Origin: Candidatus Saccharimonadales bacterium
GTDB taxonomy: Bacteria > Patescibacteriota > Saccharimonadia > Saccharimonadales > UBA10212
NCBI GenBank assembly: GCA_040900055.1
Contig: JBBDZU010000002.1
Coordinates: 84,425-125,724, forward strand
Reading direction: 5' to 3'
DNA: 41,300 nt
The translations under genes and the position numbers were made by a program. Shown in pieces: positions 33,760 to 41,300 of this stretch (position 1 is its first letter; each line of letters opens with the position of its first letter). Under the pieces are notes generated by a model, which saw nothing but the letters and a program-made list of their open reading frames with translations, ran no database searches and was not told the DNA's origin.

Positions 33760-34896
33760 TTATTGAACTAAAATCGGACGTTTCTTAGGCTTGGGTCTAA
33801 CTGGCGGCGGCCCGGCGCTTGTTTTTGGTGGTTCTGCTGGTGGTTGCGATGGTGGTTCTGGTGCCGACGGGGGCGCTGGTGGCTCAGCGGAAGGGGCTGG
33901 CTCGGCAGGTTTACCCCGTCTTTTAATAAATCTGGCAGCTATGATTAACAAAATACCTAAACCTAGGTACGCTCCGCCGATAATCCAATAATTTTTGTCG
34001 ATTGATCTTGTTAGCTCGCTAATAACTGCCTTAGCTTCTCCTTGAGTGGCTGAATCCATTTGTAACTCGGGTAAGCCGTGTGAGTGGACGCTATAGTTTA
34101 GCGCCCAAGCCAGAGCCAATATTAAGACGCCAGAAATTACCAAAATTACCCCTACCCTGCGCCAACCTTTACGGCGGCTGGAGGAAAGTAAAATTACACC
34201 CAGTGCAGTGAGTAAGGCAAAACCAGCCAAAACAAAGGGCGCAATTTTGGCTTTTTGGTAATATTTAGGGACGTCTTTAAGCTGGTTGGCGAAGATATTT
34301 TGGTCCTCACCGGCACCTTTTAAGTTATCGGCTGTGACAACCGGGTTCTCTAAGAATCCCTCGGCATTTAAAACAGCCGTTTGGGCTTGCACACCGGCTT
34401 GGGCCGGGGTGATTCCTGGTGGCAGGCATTCGGCCTCAAAGACGTCAAAAGAGGCCGAAACAGCGCCATCATCCGCACAAAGCGGCAAACTATCGGCGTG
34501 GCGTTCGGCCGCCACTGCCACTCGAGCCGCCAATGCGGCTCTCTCCTGACTTAAATCAATCTTAAAGGTCGGCTCAGCGGCCTGACCACTAAGCCAAGGG
34601 TAAATACCGTCAATTAATGAGTCTACGGCCAGTTTCACCACATCTTGTGAAAAGGTTTTTTCGACAGCGGCCTTAACTTCCGGCTCGGACAGCGAAATAC
34701 CCTCGTCATCAGCCTCGTCGGCTTGGGTCTGGACCAATAAATTGGGCACCAGCGAGTCATAAACGCCGCTTTTTTGGATCACCTGCTTAAGCTGGTCGGG
34801 CTGGCCTAGCACTAACGTTGCCCCAGCCGTAACAGCTAGCAACAACAGAAAAATCGGTAATAAAAACGATGATAAAAAAAGTCCCGCCCTACGCAT
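33760..34896 (-). CDS. Hypothetical membrane protein with extracellular domain and Pro-rich tail
   Basis: N-terminal TM, soluble domain with a Cys pair, three C-terminal TM, PAEPAPSAEPPAPP tail. Confidence 0.8.
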   Translation of the reverse strand: MRRAGLFLSSFLLPIFLLLLAVTAGATLVLGQPDQLKQVIQKSGVYDSLVPNLLVQTQADEADDEGISLSEPEVKAAVEKTFSQDVVKLAVDSLIDGIYPWLSGQAAEPTFKIDLSQERAALAARVAVAAERHADSLPLCADDGAVSASFDVFEAECLPPGITPAQAGVQAQTAVLNAEGFLENPVVTADNLKGAGEDQNIFANQLKDVPKYYQKAKIAPFVLAGFALLTALGVILLSSSRRKGWRRVGVILVISGVLILALAWALNYSVHSHGLPELQMDSATQGEAKAVISELTRSIDKNYWIIGGAYLGLGILLIIAARFIKRRGKPAEPAPSAEPPAPPSAPEPPSQPPAEPPKTSAGPPPVRPKPKKRPILVQ

Positions 34897-34939
34897 AAAC
34901 CTTATTTTATGTTAAATCTGCCCAAGCAGCCAGTATTTG

Positions 34940-35029
34940 TGGCGGAGGGGGTGGGATTTGAACCCACGGTACCGTTGCCGGTACACCGCTTTTCGAGAGC
35001 GGCACCTTAAGCCACTCGGCCACCCCTCC
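34940..35029 (-). tRNA. tRNA-Ser(CGA)
   Basis: Acceptor GGAGGGG/CCCCTCC-GCCA, anticodon arm CCGCT-CTCGAAA-AGCGG, long variable arm. Confidence 0.96.
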
Positions 35030-35090
35030 AGTAAAGGAGAATTATATCTTAGAATAATACTCTCAAGAAAACCAATGCTAATATATGGTT

Positions 35091-35261
35091 ATGGGAGCGG
35101 GATTAACCAGTTTTTTGCTTACAGTAGGTGCCTCGACCTGGCTTTATACCAAGCTGCAAAATAGAAGCGGCAATAACACCCGCCAATCGCTGGTAGCCAC
35201 CGCTGTTGTGGGCGTGTTACTATTTATCATTAGTTTTTCTATTCTTAGCTTAATATTTTAA
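35091..35261 (+). CDS. Small 2-TM membrane protein (56 aa; absent from the ORF track)
   Basis: MGAGLTSFLLTVGASTWLYTKLQNRSGNNTRQSLVATAVVGVLLFIISFSILSLIF; TGCTAATAT-N6-ATG; stop 2 bp before the HIT start. Confidence 0.7.
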   Translation: MGAGLTSFLLTVGASTWLYTKLQNRSGNNTRQSLVATAVVGVLLFIISFSILSLIF

Positions 35262-35263
35262 AA

Positions 35264-35647
35264 ATGGCCGACAGTCTTTTTACCAGAATAATTCGCGGCG
35301 AGATCTCCTGCTACAAAATATACGAAGACGAATTAACCTTTGCTTTTTTAGACATAAACCCAAAAACGCCGGGCCATACCTTAATTGTCTCTAAAAAACA
35401 GGTGGACGAATTCCAAGATTTACCTCATGAAGACTATATTGCTCTGATGCAGGCCGTCAAAAAAATTGCTCTTCGGCAAAAAGAGGTGCTGGGAGCGAAG
35501 AGAATTGGGTTGCAAGTGATAGGGGTCGATGTACCCCATGCTCACGTACACGTCTTTCCTTTTAGCAGCGCGGAAGAATATCGGCAACCGCCCAAAGCGG
35601 CGCCGGACGAAGAGTTAGCAGCCCTGGCAAAAAAACTAGCCTTTTAG
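35264..35647 (+). CDS. HIT family nucleotide hydrolase
   Basis: AFLDINPKTPGHTLIV, VPHAHVHVFP histidine triad. Confidence 0.95.
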   Translation: MADSLFTRIIRGEISCYKIYEDELTFAFLDINPKTPGHTLIVSKKQVDEFQDLPHEDYIALMQAVKKIALRQKEVLGAKRIGLQVIGVDVPHAHVHVFPFSSAEEYRQPPKAAPDEELAALAKKLAF

Positions 35648-35728
35648 GGCGAGTTTATCCCCAGCTTTTCCACTAATTTGCAGAGTTACAGATAAAAAAC
35701 TGGTATTATATGGCTAGAGGAGTGGGGA

Positions 35729-36598
35729 TTGAGCGGAATTTCCGTTGACGAAAAAGCATTGGGCAAGCGCTTGCAGCTGGCCCGCCGACGGGCTGGGCTG
35801 ACACAACAAGAGTTGTGTCAAAAGGCGGGCCTTTCTTATTCCACACTAGCTAAAATCGAGCGCGGCGCCATTCGCTCCCCTTCGGTTTTCACAGTAGCGG
35901 CAGTGGCAGCGGCTACCGCTACACCTATTGAAGACTTATTAGACATGGCCTCTAAGACCTTAAAGTCCCCTGCCCCAGCCGACAGCAAAAAACGTTCTAA
36001 AACTGGGGTACGGTTTGTTTATTTTGACGTAAACGGCACGTTGGTGCGCTTTTTTGAGAGGGCTTTTAGGCAGATAGCCGAGGAAACGGGTCATCCACTT
36101 GAGCAAGTAGAAATGCTTTATTGGCGCCATGATGTGGGAGCGTGTGTTGGCTCTGAAAGCACCGAAAAAATTAACAAAATTTTCGCCTCTGAGCTAGATA
36201 TAAAAGATTTTGATTGGCAAAAGTACTATTTAGACAATATTGAAGCTACGCCCAATGTTGATGAGCTAGTACGATGGGCAGCCAAAAACTACGAGGTAGG
36301 CCTGCTGACAAATAATTGGTTAGGATTAACCGATGCGTTGCTACACAAAAAACTAATTCCAGATGTAAACTGGACCGTAATTTTAGAATCAGCGAAATAC
36401 CATGCAGTTAAGCCCGACCCCAAAATTTACGAAGTAGCCCAAGGACTAGCCAATGCCGAACCCAGCGAAATTATGCTGGTAGATGATAATCCACCCTATC
36501 TAGTAGGAGCCGATCAGGCCGGCTGGCACACCGTTCGTTTTGACGGCTTCCACCCTGACGAGAGCATTACCCGTGTCAAATCCGCCCTCGAGTTTTAG
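35729..36598 (+). CDS. XRE-family HTH fused to HAD-IA hydrolase domain
   Basis: LTQQELCQKAGLSYSTLAKIERG; FDVNGTL, LLTN, KPDPKIY, LVDD; TTG start with GAGGAG RBS. Confidence 0.88.
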   Translation: MSGISVDEKALGKRLQLARRRAGLTQQELCQKAGLSYSTLAKIERGAIRSPSVFTVAAVAAATATPIEDLLDMASKTLKSPAPADSKKRSKTGVRFVYFDVNGTLVRFFERAFRQIAEETGHPLEQVEMLYWRHDVGACVGSESTEKINKIFASELDIKDFDWQKYYLDNIEATPNVDELVRWAAKNYEVGLLTNNWLGLTDALLHKKLIPDVNWTVILESAKYHAVKPDPKIYEVAQGLANAEPSEIMLVDDNPPYLVGADQAGWHTVRFDGFHPDESITRVKSALEF

Positions 36599-39141
36599 GA
36601 ATTTACTTTCAGAACCTCCTCGATTTTAACAAGCTGAGCCCTTTCCTTTTTAAGTTGTGATTTTGTTTGTTCGATAACAGAGGCAGGCGCTTTTGCGACA
36701 TAATCGCGATTCTTTAGACGATTTTCTAATGTCTTTACTGTCTTCAAGGTTGTTCGTTGATTTTTTTCCACCCTTGAAAGGTGGTCTTTAATCTCGCCGT
36801 CACTAATAGCCAGCCAAGCTGTGATTCGGGTGGGGCTAGTTAGCCTTAATCCAGAGCCTTTATTAACTTTTCTTATAGCGTTAACTTTGGCAAGATGCTT
36901 GACAAGCTCACGATTCTCATCAAGTATTCGTGGATCTTCAAAGAGTAAGTCCTGGCCGCTCCGGCCTAAATCGCTTTGAATACCCCTAACTTCTCTAACA
37001 AGTTTAATAACTCCTTCCCTAAAGTCTCTTCCTCTGTCCTCCTCATGTGTAGGTTTGCGCGGCCATGATTCTCCTGCAAGGAGGCTCCCTTGGCCAAATT
37101 TAAGCGATTGCCAAATTGCTTCTGTCACAAAAGGCGCAAAAGGGTGCGCCAATTTTAAGGTAGTTTCCAGTAGCTCCCTAAGTACTTCGGGGTTGGGGTT
37201 AACTTTGCTAGCTTCGATATACCAGTCGGCAAAGTCGTTCCAAACAAAATGGTACAGAAGTTCATAAGACTCACTTAGCTCATACTTTTTTAAATTGTCA
37301 TCGAGTTGCTCAACCTTCCTATGTAATCGCCAGAGAATCCAATCATCTGCGATGGTTTTTTGGATTTTGATATCAGTAGCTAATACTTCTTCGCTGAACC
37401 TCGCAATGTTCCAAAGCTTATTGCAGAAATTGCGGCCATCCTCTATTTTGCGCTCATCATAACCGCGGTTGATGGCTGGCAATCGTCCGGCAATGATACC
37501 CATGCGTAGGGCGTCTGAGCCATAACGGTCAATTACCTCTGTTAAATCAACTACATTACCAAGCGATTTGCTCATTTTAGAGCCATCGGGTGCCAGTACA
37601 TAGCCATGGATGTAAACGTCTTTAAAGGGTACCTTGCCAGTTTCATAAAGCCCCAACATAATCATCCGGGACACCCAGGGGTAGAGGATTTCGCCGCCGG
37701 TTTCCATCAAAGATAAGGGGTAAAAACCTTGATATTCGGCGCCGTCTGGATAGTTAAGGGTGACATAGGGCCAGGAGCTAGAAGAAAACCAGGTGTCAAA
37801 TACGTCCGGGTCGCGGTGGTAGGTTTTGCCGTCAACAGTCACAGTTTCCTGATCAACCCTCTCATCAAATATCCAATCACTAGGATCGTCTTGGTTTTGA
37901 AAGGCTGGGATGGGAATGCCCCAAGCAATTTGGCGGCTAATATTCCAATCTCGCAACCCCTCAAAATAAGCTATTAGCTGGTCTTTTTTGCTGGCCGGGT
38001 AGAAGTTAATTTGAGCCTGCCTTAAAGCCGAAATGGCTTTAGCTGCCAAGGGTTTGGTATCTACGAACCACTGCTCTTTCAGCAGCGGCTGAATAATGGT
38101 GCCGCACTTATAACAGTGGCCAACGCTATGCCGATACGGCTCAACTTTAACAAGGCTCCCCTGCTCTTTTAGATCATTAAGGACTTTTTGGCGAGCCTGG
38201 GCTACGTTCAAGCCACGGTAATCACCGGCCTCGTTAGTCATGGTGCCGTCTGTAGCAATAACCGATACCTTCGGCAGATCGTGCCGGTCAGCAATATCAA
38301 AATCGGCCATATCATGAGCAGGAGTAACCTTAACTACCCCTGATCCAAACTGCATATCAACGCTTTCATCAGCTATGACCGGTAAGTCGCGCTCGGTTAG
38401 AGGTAAACGCACGGTTTTGCCGATAAACTTCTTATAACGACTGTCTTTAGGGTGAACGGCCAGCGCTACATCGCCTAACATAGTTTCGGGGCGGGTAGTA
38501 GCTATAACAAGGCTGCCCTCGTCATCTGTTAAGGGGTAGCTAATGTGCCAAAGATGGCCATTTAATGGGCGAAATTCAACTTCTACATCGGCAAAACTAG
38601 TACCGTGAAAAGTGCAGAAATTTACTAACCTTTCACCTCTGTAGATTAAGCCTTCTTGCCACATTTTTTTAAAGGTAGCGTAGGCTTGTTTAACTACTTT
38701 GTCGTCAAGCGTAAAGGTAAAGTGCGGCCAGCTGACGCTAGCACCTAGCTGACGGAACTGTTTTTCGAAGTTAGCCCTGTTAGCCGCCACAAAATCCCAA
38801 ACCTGCTTATATAACTCCTCCCGGGAGAAATCAAATCGGCTTTTACCCTGTTCGTTTAACTTTTTTTCATAAACTACCCATGTCTCGAAGCCGGCGTGGT
38901 CGGCACCGGGTACGAAAAGGACATCCCTGCCCTTTAACCGGGCATAGCGGGCGGCGATATCCTCGATGGCGGCAGTTAAGCCATAACCAATGTGTAAATC
39001 AGCATTAGCATTAGGGGGCGGAGCTACCAAGCTAAAGTGCTCTTCCCCCTTATTCTTAGGTGTAAAAACACCGGCCGCTTCCCACTTAGCGTAAATTTCA
39101 GCCTCGTATTTGGCCGGCTGGTAAGCACTCGGCAATCTCAT
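36595..39141 (-). CDS. valS: Valine--tRNA ligase
   Basis: PPPNANADLHIGY, ATTRPETMLGD, VKVTPAHD, DWNISRQ, KMSKS, C-terminal coiled coil. Confidence 0.97.
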   Translation of the reverse strand: MRLPSAYQPAKYEAEIYAKWEAAGVFTPKNKGEEHFSLVAPPPNANADLHIGYGLTAAIEDIAARYARLKGRDVLFVPGADHAGFETWVVYEKKLNEQGKSRFDFSREELYKQVWDFVAANRANFEKQFRQLGASVSWPHFTFTLDDKVVKQAYATFKKMWQEGLIYRGERLVNFCTFHGTSFADVEVEFRPLNGHLWHISYPLTDDEGSLVIATTRPETMLGDVALAVHPKDSRYKKFIGKTVRLPLTERDLPVIADESVDMQFGSGVVKVTPAHDMADFDIADRHDLPKVSVIATDGTMTNEAGDYRGLNVAQARQKVLNDLKEQGSLVKVEPYRHSVGHCYKCGTIIQPLLKEQWFVDTKPLAAKAISALRQAQINFYPASKKDQLIAYFEGLRDWNISRQIAWGIPIPAFQNQDDPSDWIFDERVDQETVTVDGKTYHRDPDVFDTWFSSSSWPYVTLNYPDGAEYQGFYPLSLMETGGEILYPWVSRMIMLGLYETGKVPFKDVYIHGYVLAPDGSKMSKSLGNVVDLTEVIDRYGSDALRMGIIAGRLPAINRGYDERKIEDGRNFCNKLWNIARFSEEVLATDIKIQKTIADDWILWRLHRKVEQLDDNLKKYELSESYELLYHFVWNDFADWYIEASKVNPNPEVLRELLETTLKLAHPFAPFVTEAIWQSLKFGQGSLLAGESWPRKPTHEEDRGRDFREGVIKLVREVRGIQSDLGRSGQDLLFEDPRILDENRELVKHLAKVNAIRKVNKGSGLRLTSPTRITAWLAISDGEIKDHLSRVEKNQRTTLKTVKTLENRLKNRDYVAKAPASVIEQTKSQLKKERAQLVKIEEVLKVNS

Positions 39142-39201
39142 CTTGTTCCCAGTATATCAGAGGCCAACCGGCAAAAAGGCAGCGCTTAAACTTTCATATG
39201 A

Positions 39202-39260
39202 AAACAGGCACAAATCAACCCGCCTTTCGTAGTGAAAAGGCCGATTTTTAGTGCCTGTTT
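39202..39260. repeat. Long imperfect hairpin between tsaD and valS
   Basis: AAACAGGCAC/GTGCCTGTTT, AAATC/GATTT, GCCTTT/AAAGGC. Confidence 0.6.
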
Positions 39261-39326
39261 CCCAATTTTTGTTTTCAGATTTAGCATAACAACTCGGCAA
39301 TTGGGCGGCAATGAAAGGAGACAAAA

Positions 39327-40391
39327 TTACATTGATAAGTTGGGGATAACGTCTAGAGAAGGGGGATCTACGCCGGTTAAGCCAGATTTAATCTGAAAAT
39401 AACCCTCTTGGGCGACCATTGCTGCGTTATCGGTGCAGAGTTTTACGTCTGGAAAAAAGACGGGCAAAGGTATTTGGCTATCTATAACTTGACGCAGCTT
39501 TAGATTAGCAGCTACACCCCCAGCTACCACCACAGATGACGGCTGGTATTCTTCAACGGCCGCTTTTAAGGAATCAGCTAGTATAATGACGGCTTTTTGC
39601 TGAAAGCTAGCGGCGATATTGGCCTTTTGAGCCCCATTTAAGGCCTTTGGCAGCTTGGTGGAGGGGAATGTGTAATCTTGCCCCACCATTTTTTGGGAGG
39701 CCCTTAAAACGGCTGTTTTTAAGCCGGAAAAAGAAAAACTGTATTTTCCCACCTTGACGGTCGGCAATTTAACAGATTGAGGATCGCCTTTTAAGGCTAA
39801 GGCAGCCAAACTTGGCCCACCGGGGTAGGGCAGGCCTAACATTTTGGCGACCTTATCAAAGGCTTCGCCGACAGCATCATCGGTGGTTTGACCTAAAACT
39901 TTATAATTTTGATGGTCGCTAAATTGCGCTAATAGAGTGTGTCCCCCGGAGACTATTAGGGCTAGAAGCGGGAAGTGCGGCTGTTTCTTGGACAAGCTAT
40001 AGCCGGGCAGGGCAGTTTTGGTTAAAAAGGCTGCTTCGACATGGGCTTTAACGTGGTTAACAGCGTAGAGAGGCTTATTTTTAGCCAGAGCCAAACTTTT
40101 GGCGGTCATTACTCCTACTAACAAGCTGCCGGCTAGGCCTGGACCGTGGGTTACAGCAATAGCATCAATTTTCTGCCAGGGATCAGAGGTGTAAGCCTCA
40201 CCTACGGCTTTATCAATTACCGGCAAGATTGTTTCAACGTGGGACCGGGCGGCTATTTCCGGCACTACTCCGCCATAGGCTGCGTGCAGATCCGCCGAGC
40301 TGGCCACTACATTGGAAAGTAGCTCGCTGCCATCTTTGATAACAGCAGCTGCCGTCTCGTCACAGGATGTCTCGATTCCCAAAATGACCAT
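39327..40391 (-). CDS. tsaD: tRNA N6-adenosine threonylcarbamoyltransferase
   Basis: LGIETSCDET, GGVVPEIAARSH, VSGGHT, DDAVGEAFDKVA, FSFSGLKT, CTDNAAM. Confidence 0.98.
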   Translation of the reverse strand: MVILGIETSCDETAAAVIKDGSELLSNVVASSADLHAAYGGVVPEIAARSHVETILPVIDKAVGEAYTSDPWQKIDAIAVTHGPGLAGSLLVGVMTAKSLALAKNKPLYAVNHVKAHVEAAFLTKTALPGYSLSKKQPHFPLLALIVSGGHTLLAQFSDHQNYKVLGQTTDDAVGEAFDKVAKMLGLPYPGGPSLAALALKGDPQSVKLPTVKVGKYSFSFSGLKTAVLRASQKMVGQDYTFPSTKLPKALNGAQKANIAASFQQKAVIILADSLKAAVEEYQPSSVVVAGGVAANLKLRQVIDSQIPLPVFFPDVKLCTDNAAMVAQEGYFQIKSGLTGVDPPSLDVIPNLSM

Positions 40392-40415
40392 CTGTTATAC
40401 AGTATACTTAAACCC

Positions 40416-41300
40416 ATGAACGTCCGCCGCCTGGTGAAAGTTATTATACCGGCAAAACTCTTTCGCCGGGTTGAACCTTACGGGCACTTAGTAGAGGCAG
40501 TTTTATTTAATCTAATCTACGGTTTTCCGGCTCGTAACCTAAAGGTTATAGGAGTTACCGGCACTAACGGTAAGACCTCCACCTGTTTTTTAATCCATAA
40601 AATGCTAACCGAGGCCGGCATGCGAGCTGGCCTAATGAGCACAGTAGGCTATGGGGTAGGTCATAAGATTGAGCCTCAAGTACAGCACATGACTAATGTG
40701 GCGGTGCCCCAGCTAATGAGGCGGCTAAAACAAATGAAAGCCCAAGGCGCCGATTGGCTGGTACTAGAAGCTACCAGTCATGGCCTGGCTCAAAATCGGC
40801 TGTGGGGGATTCCGTTTTCGGTGGCCGTTATGACCAACGTTACGCACGAGCACTTGGATTATCACGGTAATTTCGAGCGCTATCGAGACTCTAAACGGAA
40901 GCTATTTAAGCTCTGCAATCGCAACCAAAAAGGCTTAAAAACAGGGGTGATTAACGCCGAAGATGAATCTGCTAAGCTGTTTATCGCCGATATATCTCAC
41001 CCAGTAACTTACGGCTTAGAAGCTGGTGATTTGCGGACTCAAAATTTAAAAATGACGCCGGCCGGCAGTAACTACGAGACCGTAATTTCCGGCGATAAAT
41101 ACAAGATTAAATGCAATCTGCCAGGAAAATTCAATGTTTATAACAGCCTAGCTGCCCAGGCGGTTGGCCGAGCTGTGGGATTAAGCGTTAAGCAGGTAGA
41201 GCAGGGAATTGCTGCTTTAGAATCGGTCGAAGGACGGATGACTTCTATTGACGAAGGCCAAGATTTTGAAGTTATTGTCGACTTTGCCCATACGCCAGAC
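40416..41300 (+). CDS. murE: MurE-type Mur ligase, 3'-truncated by window edge (absent from the ORF track)
   Basis: Manual translation from ATG 40416: KVIGVTGTNGKTST, LEATSHGLAQNR, TNVTHEHLDYHG, FNVYN, GRM, DFAHTPD. Confidence 0.92.
   Translation, partial: MNVRRLVKVIIPAKLFRRVEPYGHLVEAVLFNLIYGFPARNLKVIGVTGTNGKTSTCFLIHKMLTEAGMRAGLMSTVGYGVGHKIEPQVQHMTNVAVPQLMRRLKQMKAQGADWLVLEATSHGLAQNRLWGIPFSVAVMTNVTHEHLDYHGNFERYRDSKRKLFKLCNRNQKGLKTGVINAEDESAKLFIADISHPVTYGLEAGDLRTQNLKMTPAGSNYETVISGDKYKIKCNLPGKFNVYNSLAAQAVGRAVGLSVKQVEQGIAALESVEGRMTSIDEGQDFEVIVDFAHTPD

Noticed and set aside
33780-33910. Repetitive GC-rich tract
   Set aside because: Explained by the Pro/Ala/Glu-rich protein tail of 33760..34896
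39142-39326. T-box leader upstream of valS
   Set aside because: No AGGTGGTACC-like T-box or specifier stem; a -10-like element lies 9 nt from the ATG
1-41300. CRISPR array, rRNA, IS transposase, reverse transcriptase or prophage genes
   Set aside because: No regularly spaced direct repeats or matching protein motifs seen; most remaining short ORFs are antisense or alternate-frame shadows of confident genes

Overview
Chromosomal replication-origin region of a compact genome, most likely Candidatus Saccharibacteria (Patescibacteria/CPR); this is inferred from gene content, short gene forms, many apparently leaderless genes and tRNA-Arg(GCG). From left to right: (1) the end of a surface-glycan locus (GT4, GT11 alpha-1,2-fucosyltransferase, three GT2, two GT4, gmd); (2) jag-yidC-rnpA, an rpmH missed by the ORF track and oriented opposite to rnpA, then dnaA and dnaN with a bipartite oriC (DnaA boxes and DnaA-trios); (3) a monoderm-type T4SS-like locus (PEGA-like protein, two peptidoglycan hydrolases, VirB4, accessory protein, PrgI, extended VirB6) divergent from seven VirB2/TrbC-like pilin genes; (4) hsp20, comF, four tRNAs, small membrane proteins, mscL, HIT, XRE-HAD fusion, valS, tsaD and partial murE. 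The strongest unexplained signal is a family of ~190-200 nt highly structured non-coding elements (four full copies and one fragment) with covarying stems and a conserved core. Shorter CCTGCCT...AGGCAGG palindromes occur inside one of these elements and in-frame inside T4SS genes. A 35-bp identical tract shared by two otherwise diverged pilin paralogs suggests gene conversion.
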